A stretch of 64,000 nt of DNA from an uncultured bacterium (GTDB lineage Bacteria > Chlamydiota > Chlamydiia > Chlamydiales > JACRBE01), in NCBI GenBank assembly GCA_964429005.1, contig CAYSAJ010000003.1, positions 21,153 to 85,152 of the forward strand, written 5' to 3'. Positions 9,182 through 18,949 of this stretch are shown piece after piece. The notes beneath the pieces were generated by a model. That model worked only from the letters and a program-made list of their open reading frames with translations, was not told the origin of the DNA and ran no database searches. Positions within the stretch are counted from its first letter, which is position 1. Every line of letters begins with the position of its first letter. Position numbers and translations under genes: made by a program.

Positions 9182-10373
9182 CTTCTTTATCAAGGCTTTT
9201 CTCATTCACAGCCAGCCGATTCCCTTCTCTTAAGAGTTGTCCCAATCGTGGGCCCGGTAAGATGCCTATATTCATTAAGTCCTCAGAACTTAAGATCCAA
9301 TCATTTTCCTTAGCTCTTTGAATAAAAGGAAGTAAAAGCTGCTGATGGCGCTCATGGCTATCATCAAAGTTTGACTTCATGTCATCGGGAAGCTTGCTCA
9401 AAAAAATAGAATAGCAAACAGAAAAATCTGGATGGGCATAGAGCAGAGTCCAGTCATAATCTTCTATAGAATGAATCGGTCTCGAAAGTTTATGAAAGCA
9501 GTCAAAGCGAAATGCAACCCATTTTTTATCTTGGTTGGATAGCTTTAAATAATCACAAAGCTCCATTTGCGATTCCAAAGAACTATCAGGAAAAAGTTCT
9601 ATTAGCTTACTAATTAGTGGGGCGTTTGACGGAAATAAATCGACACATCGACTTCTTTTCTCTATCTCCTTTAGAGTTTCAGGCGCCAATGAAGGAAAAA
9701 TTTGGGATAGCAGCCCCACTTTAAAAAGAGAGCAAAGAGCATGTGAGAAATTCGGAAATCTAGCCATCTTTTCAAATTCATTCACAACCCGTTCGATAGC
9801 TACAGAAGGAAAGAGCCGATTTGCAAAATCTACAATCGCTTTGTAAGTGGAAGCCTCTATATCAAAATGAAAACGGGCACTATAGCGAATCGCTCTTATC
9901 ATTCTGAGCCGATCTTCATTAAATCTATCGTGAGGGTTCCCGATGCACCGGATCACTCTTTGTTCGAGGTCCTTTCTCCCGCCGACATAATCAAACAGCT
10001 TTTCTAGAACTGGATCGTAAAACATCCCATTAATCGTAAAATCTCTCCTTTTTGCATCTTCCTCAGGAGAAGCAAGCTCAATTTTACTGGGACGTCTTCC
10101 ATCGTTATATCCCTCTTCAGTTCTAAAAGTTGCAACTTCAAAGGAATGACCTTCATGAACGATGACAATAATGCCGAATGAAATTCCTACAGGAATCGTT
10201 TTAGGGAAATATGTCTGCAAAACTTCTGAAGATGCGTCTGTAACGATATCAATATCATCAGAGGGATGCTTCATTAAATAATCCCGTACCCATCCCCCTG
10301 CAAAATAGGCAATGTGTCCTTTAGCTTGGATTATTGCAACAAGATCGGTAGCGGCTTGTAGGGCATCCATCAT
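9147..10373 (-). CDS. tRNA nucleotidyltransferase / poly(A) polymerase family (CCA-adding enzyme-like)
   Basis: Head-domain motifs YFAGGWVRDYLM, DIDIVT and RRDFTINGMFYD. 408 aa. Confidence 0.85.
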   Translation of the reverse strand: MMDALQAATDLVAIIQAKGHIAYFAGGWVRDYLMKHPSDDIDIVTDASSEVLQTYFPKTIPVGISFGIIVIVHEGHSFEVATFRTEEGYNDGRRPSKIELASPEEDAKRRDFTINGMFYDPVLEKLFDYVGGRKDLEQRVIRCIGNPHDRFNEDRLRMIRAIRYSARFHFDIEASTYKAIVDFANRLFPSVAIERVVNEFEKMARFPNFSHALCSLFKVGLLSQIFPSLAPETLKEIEKRSRCVDLFPSNAPLISKLIELFPDSSLESQMELCDYLKLSNQDKKWVAFRFDCFHKLSRPIHSIEDYDWTLLYAHPDFSVCYSIFLSKLPDDMKSNFDDSHERHQQLLLPFIQRAKENDWILSSEDLMNIGILPGPRLGQLLREGNRLAVNEKSLDKEAILSKIVKQAK

Positions 10374-10461
10374 GGTAAGTAAGGCCTATCACTTTATGTA
10401 TATATTTTATCTATTTTGAGACGGTTAAGGGAAAAACTCAATAGGAATAAAGATTTTGAAG

Positions 10462-10779
10462 TTAATGGGGGTCGTTGAAGCTTTGAGTAAATAAATTATA
10501 AAAATATCCCAAAAGCCCCCCTTTGATGAACCCATGAATGAAGGCCCATATAGCTCCAATGAATGCACCAAAGAACGATGGACTATACCCTCGATAAACA
10601 GAAGAACACGTTTCTATAAAATTGGTACACAGTCCAAACATTCCCATCCAACCAGCAATCAGAACTCCTAGAGACCAGACAAGACCCATGGAAAGTCCAA
10701 GGCCTTTTGCACTAAGGGGAGGAAAATGGAGATGGTGTTTCATATTCAGAATTGGGTACAATAACTTAATTTGACTCAT
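10462..10779 (-). CDS. Small two-TM membrane protein (holin-like topology)
   Basis: Two Gly-rich hydrophobic helices (GLSMGLVWSLGVLIAGWMGMF and FFGAFIGAIWAFIHGFIKGGLLGYFYNLF). The start is uncertain (ATGs at 10899, 10779 and 10743, none with an SD). I chose 10779 to avoid overlapping the divergent gene. Confidence 0.45.
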   Translation of the reverse strand: MSQIKLLYPILNMKHHLHFPPLSAKGLGLSMGLVWSLGVLIAGWMGMFGLCTNFIETCSSVYRGYSPSFFGAFIGAIWAFIHGFIKGGLLGYFYNLFTQSFNDPH

Positions 10780-10818
10780 ATTCGATTCAAAAGGGATTGT
10801 CAAGAGTGAAGGGAATTT

Positions 10819-11712
10819 ATGGAAAAGGGGACAAGTTGTCATCTCAAAAGAGCCTCCTCTGTGAGGACATGGACTATAGAAGAAATTCCGCGCTCTCATA
10901 GGGTCGTATTCTCGTGGAATGCTTCAAGAAGTTTGAGGCCTATCCAGTTTTCTTTTTCTTTGCTGTATGACGAATGGACCCCCCCACAAATTTTTTGTGA
11001 GTGGGGTACTAAAAAGCAGTCCTCGTTTTCATATAACGATCCCATGGAGCGTTTTCAATTTTTTCAGGATGAACTGCTATTACTCTCTGAATTAACCCCT
11101 AAAAAAATCAAAATAGAATGTCTAAGTTCAGAGCCGATTCCCAAGATGTTTGCTTCTTTCGTTACTACTGACTCTCTCTCATTCATTTCAGAAATCGATG
11201 CTCCATCTATCCAATTAGGCCCTAAGTGGCATTATTCACAAATGGCTCTTGGACTTCCTTATTCTACAAGGATCTGTTCCCCACTTTCTTTGATTAATGC
11301 AAGCTCATTTTTCTTGCAGACCCCTTGTTTTGATATCCCTGATTTTATTGCAGGTGTCTACGACCACAATTTTGATATCTATGGGAACTGGATGCTAAAT
11401 ATCGGGCATGCCTCTGATATTTTTAAGGTCGTAGAGCCCAAAGTTCAGAGACTCTCATCTTTTCATGATATTCTCAATGAGATCCAAATGGGTAAGCCTG
11501 TAGTTGCTTCGGTTAGTGGACAGCTCAGCGGCGCCCCCTTATCATATCCCCATGGGCATCTTTTGGTAATTTATGGATGGGATAACAAACAAAAAAAAGT
11601 TTTATGTATCGATAGTGCTGCAGATAAAGATGAGGCTACTTTAGTAAAATATCCCTACTCAGAATTTATGGAATCATGGTCAAAAAAATTCCACCTGTGC
11701 TACACATTCTGA
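10819..11712 (+). CDS. Putative papain-fold cysteine peptidase (peptidase C39-like family)
   Basis: The order and spacing of candidate catalytic residues resemble C39-like domains: Q in WHYSQMALG, Cys in TRICSPLSLINA, and His in PHGHLLVIYGWD. The ATG at 10819 is preceded by GAAGGGA. Confidence 0.5.
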   Translation: MEKGTSCHLKRASSVRTWTIEEIPRSHRVVFSWNASRSLRPIQFSFSLLYDEWTPPQIFCEWGTKKQSSFSYNDPMERFQFFQDELLLLSELTPKKIKIECLSSEPIPKMFASFVTTDSLSFISEIDAPSIQLGPKWHYSQMALGLPYSTRICSPLSLINASSFFLQTPCFDIPDFIAGVYDHNFDIYGNWMLNIGHASDIFKVVEPKVQRLSSFHDILNEIQMGKPVVASVSGQLSGAPLSYPHGHLLVIYGWDNKQKKVLCIDSAADKDEATLVKYPYSEFMESWSKKFHLCYTF

Positions 11713-11757
11713 GATTCATAAGAAATTGTGTGTACCAATTAGGATTACAAATCATCG

Positions 11758-11786
11758 TTGAAAAGAAGCGATTTCTAAATCATAAT
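11758..11786 (+). promoter_or_regulatory. Sigma70-like promoter for the 339-aa orphan gene
   Basis: TTGAAA, a 17-nt spacer and CATAAT, followed by SD GGGAGA and the ATG at 11826. Confidence 0.4.
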
Positions 11787-11825
11787 ATTTCTAATAATGC
11801 ATGACATTTTTATCGGGAGACGAGC

Positions 11826-12845
11826 ATGTCAATTCAGTTTAAAGCCTTATTTTTTATCCTTTTATCCCAATCACTTTTTGGGTATGAATTTACCTACGGA
11901 TTTCCCGATGAAGAAAACGTTCAACTCGATTTATTTTTCTCTGCTCGCTCGGTTAATAAAGGAAAAATAGAACATATTGTTCTTTCAGATATCTACTACA
12001 CCATTGCATACCAGGAAATTTTTGAAGACTCTTCTATAGAAATGGTCCCTCATTTCGCTCAAATAATTCATACTTCTCGCGTAGAACAACCTTATGAATT
12101 TCGTTTAACAAAGGTTAGCAAAGCAGATTATCCACGCATTCGCTCGTTTTGGCAGAAACTTCAAGAACTATCTAAAATAGGCCCCACCAAAGAAGAAATT
12201 GATAATGCAAGGCAAAAACTCCGAAGAATGGTTGATAAATTTCAACAACATGCAAGGAACATACAGACATTTATTAAACGGTATCAGCAAATACTAAACG
12301 AAGTAGATGAAGAAGAAATTCAAGATAATTTATCAACCTTATGGGTCTTTAATGACCTAAAAATGGATTATAAAATCCAACCTCTAGCTGTCACTTTAGC
12401 GAGCCATGGGGATTCTTCAAAGCTAAAATTGGCTAACACTACTTCAGAATATTTTCATTTTGAAATTTCTGATGTGGATAAAGAGTATATTTATGAAATC
12501 ATTCATACAATGGGAACAAATGGGCTCTTTTCACTCCTCCGAAAAAAGAATCACTTACAAAGTTTAGGGAAAAAGATCCATCATGTTGAACCATTGCAAT
12601 TACTAGCCTACGTAGTTACAAATCCCACTCTTAAACATGATATGAGAGAAGTCCAACGAAATACTTTCAAATGGATCAATTTCATCGACGGGCTTTCTAA
12701 ACCCATCATGAAGCAGTGGAGAGAAGGGTCCTTACAATCTCAACTTCCAGCTTTTGCACATCTTGTTGGAAAGAACGTTGCTGATCTTCAACGATGTTTA
12801 GATAGAGGAAAAGTGGATGAATTTGTCATCGAATTAATTAGATAA
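11826..12845 (+). CDS. Hypothetical secreted protein (339 aa)
   Basis: Signal-like N-terminus MSIQFKALFFILLSQSLFG, with its own promoter-like element and SD. No family recognised. Confidence 0.55.
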   Translation: MSIQFKALFFILLSQSLFGYEFTYGFPDEENVQLDLFFSARSVNKGKIEHIVLSDIYYTIAYQEIFEDSSIEMVPHFAQIIHTSRVEQPYEFRLTKVSKADYPRIRSFWQKLQELSKIGPTKEEIDNARQKLRRMVDKFQQHARNIQTFIKRYQQILNEVDEEEIQDNLSTLWVFNDLKMDYKIQPLAVTLASHGDSSKLKLANTTSEYFHFEISDVDKEYIYEIIHTMGTNGLFSLLRKKNHLQSLGKKIHHVEPLQLLAYVVTNPTLKHDMREVQRNTFKWINFIDGLSKPIMKQWREGSLQSQLPAFAHLVGKNVADLQRCLDRGKVDEFVIELIR

Positions 12846-14105
12846 ATACTCATAACAAGTTTCATAAAAAAGAGGCGCTAAAACGATTTTTGCGCCTTTT
12901 TTCTTTTCCAAATAAAGAGCATTTCCTTCTTCCCAAACAGGCATGTTTACCTTCTGCTTTTTTGAGCCAGGAGGTTCTGAATGGATGAAAATTTGCCCGT
13001 GACTTACTGATAATAACTCCATGGAAGTAAGTCCTCCAGATCTTGTGATGGTGCCATCAGCACGAAAAAAGAGTGGAGCTATCATCCGATCTGATTGAAA
13101 AGTCAGGGGAACAACACATAAATGAGAAGGAAAAGAGGGGAATGATAAAACTTGATCAACGACTTTATCATAAAAAAGACCTCTGGGGCTGCGATCTTTA
13201 CTGCAAAAAACGAAAAGCCAGTCTTTCTTTTCCTGAGCGCCTAAGAGCTGTTTAACACGCAAAAAGTGATGCAAATACTGCAAGGTGCCAGGCTCGCTAG
13301 GGCGACTCCCTAACATGATCACTGAAACCCGATCTTCTGCTCCGATGTGAAGCACAATTTGATCATTTTCGGTTGTGTAGTAACCTTTCCCTTTTTCTAA
13401 ACAACTAAAAATTTGAGCTCGTTCTTTCGAGGACTGCGGATCGATGGGGAGAGAGAGATCCTTTTTTACATACTTTTGATCTTTGATGCTTAAAAAAGAT
13501 TGTCTTAGAGGCAGAGAACCATAAATCACTTGAGAGGGATCTAAGTCACATTCTTCCTTCCAAAATTGTAATTCGGTTTGCCCAGCTTTGAGCAAAGGAG
13601 ATGTTGTAAAAAGTTTTAAGTAAAGCTTACTTTTTCGGGGAAGCCTCTTAATAGGAGCGAAAGAGTGAACTACCTGCTGAGTAGGAAGCTCCGTTAATAC
13701 TTTTTCTAAAACAATTTTTTTCTTTTTAATACGATCATAAAGCCTTAGTGCTCGCAAAATCACTGCAGTGCCAAGAACTTGAGTGTCAATAACTCTATCT
13801 AAATTTTGCTTAAATAATATTCGCAGAGCATGGAAAAAAAAGAGGGGACCGAAAAGGATGTCAGCAAAGTGTTGGAGTCGAATTAACCGCTGCAGCATAT
13901 TCACACTGCCAGTCCGTTGCCATTCGTTCCATTTTCCTGCAGCGGCCGTACCAAATCGACGGTTTATCCAATCCACTAAGATATCAACTTCAAAAAAAAT
14001 GGCCGTTGGATCTTCTATAAGGATCTGTTCTTTCTTCGCCTTGGCTGCTTGAACATGCCCTCCCCCTGCAGATAGGGTAAGAATCAATACACGATTTCGC
14101 TTCAT
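12834..14105 (-). CDS. Glycosyltransferase, MGDG-synthase/UgtP-like (GT28 family)
   Basis: N-terminal RVLILTLSAGGGHVQAAKA, typical of diacylglycerol glycosyltransferases, and a C-terminal TRSGGLTSMELL motif. Confidence 0.7.
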   Translation of the reverse strand: MKRNRVLILTLSAGGGHVQAAKAKKEQILIEDPTAIFFEVDILVDWINRRFGTAAAGKWNEWQRTGSVNMLQRLIRLQHFADILFGPLFFFHALRILFKQNLDRVIDTQVLGTAVILRALRLYDRIKKKKIVLEKVLTELPTQQVVHSFAPIKRLPRKSKLYLKLFTTSPLLKAGQTELQFWKEECDLDPSQVIYGSLPLRQSFLSIKDQKYVKKDLSLPIDPQSSKERAQIFSCLEKGKGYYTTENDQIVLHIGAEDRVSVIMLGSRPSEPGTLQYLHHFLRVKQLLGAQEKKDWLFVFCSKDRSPRGLFYDKVVDQVLSFPSFPSHLCVVPLTFQSDRMIAPLFFRADGTITRSGGLTSMELLSVSHGQIFIHSEPPGSKKQKVNMPVWEEGNALYLEKKKGAKIVLAPLFYETCYEYLSN

Positions 14106-14129
14106 AATTTTCCGGTCTTGTGTCAGTTA

Positions 14130-14153
14130 AGGTCTCGAATTTCTTCGAGACCT
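14130..14153 (-). terminator. Hairpin downstream of rho
   Basis: AGGTCTCGAA-gaaa-TTCGAGACCT on the minus strand (10-bp perfect stem), 24 nt after the rho stop. No U-tract follows, so it may be a processing or Rho-related element rather than an intrinsic terminator. Confidence 0.4.
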
Positions 14154-14176
14154 AGCTCATGTCAATGGATAAAAGA

Positions 14177-15676
14177 CTAATCTTTCATCGATAATAAAAA
14201 CTCAGCGTTGCTGCTAGTTTTCTTTAGTCTTGCGAGAAGCAAGTTCATGGCATCAAGAGGAGTTAAATCAGCCAGTGCTTGACGAAGAAGATAAATCTTC
14301 TCAAGTTCTGTTGGGTGATAAAGAAGCTCTTCTTTACGAGTACCGCTCTTAATTAGATCAACAGCAGGATAGACTCTACGGTCAGAAAGTCTTCGGTCAA
14401 GCACTAATTCCATGTTACCTGTACCTTTGAATTCTTCGTAGATGACCTCATCCATTTTTGACCCTGTGTCGATTAAGGCTGTTGCGATAATGGTGAGAGA
14501 TCCACCTTGCTCGATATTACGAGCAGCGCCAAAAAATCTTTTTGGTTTATGAAGAGAGTTAGCATCAACACCACCTGTGAGAATTTTTCCAGAATGGGGT
14601 TGAACAGTGTTGTAAGCACGTGCAAGCCTTGTTAAAGAGTCAAGAAGGATCACAACATCTTTGCCGTTTTCGACAAGTCGTTTTGCACGTTCTATTGCCA
14701 TCTCAGCGACTTGAACGTGTCTTTCCGGAGGTTCATCGAAAGTAGAAGATACGACTTCACCTTTTACAGTTCGGGCCATGTCGGTGACTTCTTCAGGTCT
14801 CTCATCAATCAGAAGAACAATCAAGACGACATTAGGGTGGTTTTTGGCGATTGCATTTGCAATATCTTGCAAGAGAACTGTTTTTCCTGATTTTGGTGGG
14901 GCGACGACAAGAGCCCTTTGTCCCATACCAATAGGAGAGGCTAAATCGAGTACTCTTGTGGAAAACTTTTCTTTTGCAGTTTCCATAATGAGACGGCGAT
15001 GAGGGTGCAGAGGGGTTAAGCTTTCAAAAAGGATGCGCTCTTTAGCTTGTTCAGGTTTTTTTTGGTTGATTTCATCAACTTTAAGAAGCGCAAAAAATTT
15101 CTCTTTTTCCTTGGGGGAGCGAATCGTTCCATAGACCATATCACCTGTCTTGAGATCAAAACGACGTATTTGTGCTGGGGAAACATAGATATCCTCAGGG
15201 GATGGGAGGTAGGAATAGTTTGGAGCTCTTAAAAAGCCAAATCCATCAGGAAGAACTTCCAATACCCCTTCTCCGACTAAAATTTCATCAGGACGCTCTG
15301 ATTTAGCCTTAACGATTTCAAAAACCATTTGAGGCTTGGTCATAGATCCTAGATGTTTGAGACCCATATTTCTTGCGTATGCAGAGAGTTGGTCAATTGT
15401 CATCCGTTGGAGCTCAGCAATTTTAGTAATCGTCATGTTTTCAGGATTAATCGGGGTCGATTCTTCCATTCTGGCAAGTTCATCTTCCTGTGAAGTTTGA
15501 TAAGAGCTGTTGGACTGGTGTTGATGATGGTGATGGTTGTTGCGTCGATGTCTCATAGGATGATGTGGAGGAGGAGAAATTATTTGGGAAGGAGGGGGAG
15601 GGAGAATTTTATTGCTCGTAGGTTTTTGCGATTCAACAGGGCCTGGGTCCAATTGAGATTCTTCTTGCTCAGTCAT
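14177..15676 (-). CDS. rho: Transcription termination factor Rho with a low-complexity N-terminal extension
   Basis: Walker [15 protein letters not shown], an RNA-binding domain (GFGFLR) and a conserved C-terminus. The first roughly 75 aa are Pro/His/Gln-rich ([29 protein letters not shown]). Confidence 0.95.
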   Translation of the reverse strand: MTEQEESQLDPGPVESQKPTSNKILPPPPSQIISPPPHHPMRHRRNNHHHHQHQSNSSYQTSQEDELARMEESTPINPENMTITKIAELQRMTIDQLSAYARNMGLKHLGSMTKPQMVFEIVKAKSERPDEILVGEGVLEVLPDGFGFLRAPNYSYLPSPEDIYVSPAQIRRFDLKTGDMVYGTIRSPKEKEKFFALLKVDEINQKKPEQAKERILFESLTPLHPHRRLIMETAKEKFSTRVLDLASPIGMGQRALVVAPPKSGKTVLLQDIANAIAKNHPNVVLIVLLIDERPEEVTDMARTVKGEVVSSTFDEPPERHVQVAEMAIERAKRLVENGKDVVILLDSLTRLARAYNTVQPHSGKILTGGVDANSLHKPKRFFGAARNIEQGGSLTIIATALIDTGSKMDEVIYEEFKGTGNMELVLDRRLSDRRVYPAVDLIKSGTRKEELLYHPTELEKIYLLRQALADLTPLDAMNLLLARLKKTSSNAEFLLSMKD

Positions 15677-16286
15677 TTCTGCTGGGTTCCTTAGTAATTT
15701 TGTTGATGATTTGGGTTACTTGCTTTTGTAATTCTTGCTTTGAGCCGTTATTTTGGATAACGAAATGAGGCTTTATCGAAGGGGAAGTTTTTTGCTTTTG
15801 ATCTCTTACAAAAAACTGGTGTCGATCTTTGCCCTGTTTACACCACCGCTCTTCTCTTTGATGATCCCCTGATTCGACTAGAAGTATGACATCAAACCAA
15901 TCGTCCAGCCCAACTCTGCTTAAAAGAGGGATCTCTGCGACAAAAAAAGGGACACTGGGGGAAGAATGTTGTTTATATAAGGATAGTATAGCTTGTTTCA
16001 CGATGGGATGTATGATGTCTTCTAAAACTTTTAATTTATTATCGTCTGAAAATACTATTTCTGCGATTTTTTTTCGATTTAGCACTCCGTTTTCGAGCAC
16101 TGAAGGCCCCAACTTCTTCACAACTGCGTCAATAAGAAGAGAGTTAGAGGAGAGCATTTCATGGACCAGCTGATCGGCACTTAGAGTGAAGGCCCCATGA
16201 TTTTGAAACTCTTCAAGAACAGAGCTTTTGCCACTGCCGATGCGGCCCGTTACTGCTATTCGTCTCAAGTCTAGCAATCCCCCCAA
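15669..16286 (-). CDS. coaE: Dephospho-CoA kinase
   Basis: P-loop [12 protein letters not shown] at 205 aa. It overlaps rho by 8 nt and polA by 16 nt. Confidence 0.85.
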   Translation of the reverse strand: MGGLLDLRRIAVTGRIGSGKSSVLEEFQNHGAFTLSADQLVHEMLSSNSLLIDAVVKKLGPSVLENGVLNRKKIAEIVFSDDNKLKVLEDIIHPIVKQAILSLYKQHSSPSVPFFVAEIPLLSRVGLDDWFDVILLVESGDHQREERWCKQGKDRHQFFVRDQKQKTSPSIKPHFVIQNNGSKQELQKQVTQIINKITKEPSRND

Positions 16287-18949
16287 TTTTTTCCAATCGC
16301 TAAGTCAACTTTAAGAGGGACTTTCATTGGGTAAATGGATTGCATGATGCTTGCCACAAGCTCTTTCATTTGAGGGAGTTCTTCATCAGGGCATTCAAAA
16401 ATTAATTCGTCATGGATTTGCAAAATTAAAAACGATTTAAGCTTTTGATTTTTAATCTCTTGATGAATTTTAATCATCGCCAGTTTAATAATATCTGCCT
16501 GGGTCCCCTGAATCGGAGTATTGATAGCGAACCTCTGAGCTTGGGCTTGTAACATTTTATTTGAGGCATGGATGTCTGGAAGAGGCCTTTTTCTACCAAG
16601 TAAGGTTTCCGTATACCCCTCCTCAGTAGCCCTTTTTATAGAAGAATCCATGTATTCTTTCACTTTTGGGTATCGCTTAAAGTAGGTCTCTATAAACTGA
16701 GCTGCACTTTTAATATCTATATTAATACCCTTAGAAAGACCAAAGGCTTGTTGCCCGTATAAGATCCCAAAATTTACCGCTTTTGCTTGGTATCTCATTT
16801 CTTGAGTGACCTCTTCTAGCGGGACGTTGAAGACAAGGGAGGCTGTGAAAGCATGGACATCTTGATTAGTAGTAAAAGCTTTAATTAGATGAGGATCTTC
16901 ACTTAGGTGGGCGAGGATACGAAGCTCAATTTGAGAATAATCTGCAGCTAAGAAGCTCCAGCTCTGATGAGCTGGGCGAAATGCTTTTCGGATTTTTTTT
17001 CCTTCAAGAGTGCGAATAGGGATATTTTGTAAATTAGGATTGTTGCAAGAGAGCCTTCCTGTAACTGTTCCTGATTGGTTAAAATTAGGATGGATTCTCT
17101 TCGTATTGGGATTGATTTGTTCAGGAAGAGCATCAACATAGGTGGATCGTAGTTTCTCAAAAAGGCGAAATTCAAAAATTTTCGGAATGATAGGATGGAC
17201 ATGTTCAAGGGCTTCAAGAATTTCAGCACTTGTTGAATAGGATTCTTTCTTCTTTTTTTGAGGATAGGGGATTGCCAATTTTTCAAAGAGAATTGTGCTG
17301 AGCTGTTTTGGGGATTTAATATTAAATTCTTCCCCAGAAAGCTCATAAATTTCTTGCTCTATTTGAGTGAGTTTTCCTGCAAGTTCTTTTGAAAGGGTCC
17401 CTAGGTAGTGTGTATCTACGTAAATGCCCTTTTGTTCCATGTCTAATAGAACTGGAAGGAGAGGAATTTCTATACTGTTCATGAGGTTTAATAACTTTTG
17501 CTCTTTCAAAAGCGGTGTGAAGTAACTACGAAGGCGTAAAGTAAAATCAACATCTTCACAGCAGTAATCCTTCACAGCTTCTACAGGAACTAGGTCGATT
17601 GTTTTTTTCTTCTTTCCATCAGCGACGAGGTTTTCATACGCAATTTTAGTATATCCAAAAATATCTGCACAAAGCTCATCGAGCCCATGCCGATTAAGCT
17701 CGGGATGAAGAAGGTAGGATGCAAGCATCGTATCATAATCGATGATCAGGGGGCCGATTCCTTGCCCAAGTAAAATATGGAGATCATATTTTATGTTATG
17801 ACCAAAAAAGAGATGCTTTTTAGAAAGAAGAAATGGTTGGAGAATTGATAAGACTTTTTCTTTAGATAACTCATGGTTGCAAGGAACGTAGTAGGCTATA
17901 CCCTCTTCAGCACTAAGCCCGATCCCCACAAGATCAGCTTGCATATAGTCTAGAGAAGTTGTTTCGGTATCAATCGCAATCTGGGAAAAATGATCAAAGT
18001 ATTCAATCATTTCACGGATTTGAGATTCAGTGCTAACAAGGTGATAATCTTTATCTTCTGAAGTGCTAGCTTTTGAAGGCTTTCGAGAATGAAGGTCTAA
18101 TTCTTTGAGCAATGAAGCAAAATTCATGGTTTGATAAAAGCTTCTAAGTTCATCATAAAGAGGCTCTTTTAGATGATAAAATGAACTTTCTCTTGGAATA
18201 TCTACAGTTGTTTGAATTTTTGCTAATTCATAAGAAAGAAAAGCTAAATCTTTTTCTGCGAGCAGTTTTTCTTTCCGTTTGGGGCTTTCTATTTCTTCAA
18301 TGTGATTGTAAATGTTTTTCAGTGATCCAAATCTCTCAAGCAGCTCAGTCGCTGTTTTAGGGCCCATGCCTGATATGCCTGGGATGTTATCGGATGAATC
18401 ACCCATGATAGCAAGCAAGTCGATGATTTGCTCTGGAGTAACACCATATATTTCTTTAACTTTCTTACCATCAATTTCTAGGTTTTCTTTGTGGGGGTGA
18501 AGCAAATGAATAGAATCATTGACGAGTTGAGAAAGATCTTTATCAGAACTGATTAAGTAAACTTTTGCTCCAGCAGCAGAAGCCCAATTTGCAATGGTTC
18601 CCATGGTGTCATCTGCTTCCACTCCAGGGATTGTTAGAACAGGGATGCCAGCTAGTTTGCAATATTCTAAAGCGGGCTGAAGCTGAGCTAATAGTTCTTC
18701 AGGCATCCCTGTGCGATGAGCTTTGTAATGTTCATATAAAGCGGTTCTAGATTTTTTATTATCGGGGCCATCAAAAACCGCTACAAAATACTCAGGAGAA
18801 AAATCTTTAAAAAGCTTTTGAATAGTTCTGATAAAACCAAAGAGAGCGTTTGTAGGCACTCCCTCTTGGTTTCTCATTCCCTTGATCGCATAAAAAGAGC
18901 GAAAAAGAAAATTAATGGCGTCAAAAACGTAAATACTTTTCATGATCAA
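16271..18949 (-). CDS. polA: DNA polymerase I
   Basis: 5'-3' exonuclease N-terminus, a 3'-5' exo-like domain (AIDTETTSLD), and polymerase motif A (DYSQIELRILAH) and motif C (QIHDELIFE). Confidence 0.97.
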   Translation of the reverse strand: MIMKSIYVFDAINFLFRSFYAIKGMRNQEGVPTNALFGFIRTIQKLFKDFSPEYFVAVFDGPDNKKSRTALYEHYKAHRTGMPEELLAQLQPALEYCKLAGIPVLTIPGVEADDTMGTIANWASAAGAKVYLISSDKDLSQLVNDSIHLLHPHKENLEIDGKKVKEIYGVTPEQIIDLLAIMGDSSDNIPGISGMGPKTATELLERFGSLKNIYNHIEEIESPKRKEKLLAEKDLAFLSYELAKIQTTVDIPRESSFYHLKEPLYDELRSFYQTMNFASLLKELDLHSRKPSKASTSEDKDYHLVSTESQIREMIEYFDHFSQIAIDTETTSLDYMQADLVGIGLSAEEGIAYYVPCNHELSKEKVLSILQPFLLSKKHLFFGHNIKYDLHILLGQGIGPLIIDYDTMLASYLLHPELNRHGLDELCADIFGYTKIAYENLVADGKKKKTIDLVPVEAVKDYCCEDVDFTLRLRSYFTPLLKEQKLLNLMNSIEIPLLPVLLDMEQKGIYVDTHYLGTLSKELAGKLTQIEQEIYELSGEEFNIKSPKQLSTILFEKLAIPYPQKKKKESYSTSAEILEALEHVHPIIPKIFEFRLFEKLRSTYVDALPEQINPNTKRIHPNFNQSGTVTGRLSCNNPNLQNIPIRTLEGKKIRKAFRPAHQSWSFLAADYSQIELRILAHLSEDPHLIKAFTTNQDVHAFTASLVFNVPLEEVTQEMRYQAKAVNFGILYGQQAFGLSKGINIDIKSAAQFIETYFKRYPKVKEYMDSSIKRATEEGYTETLLGRKRPLPDIHASNKMLQAQAQRFAINTPIQGTQADIIKLAMIKIHQEIKNQKLKSFLILQIHDELIFECPDEELPQMKELVASIMQSIYPMKVPLKVDLAIGKNWGDC

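Noticed and set aside
16948-17346. 132-aa ORF on the minus strand inside polA, in a different frame
   Set aside because: It lies entirely within the well-supported polA coding region. Its translation is low-complexity and Lys/Leu/Ser-rich with no motif, so it is a typical shadow ORF of an AT-rich gene.
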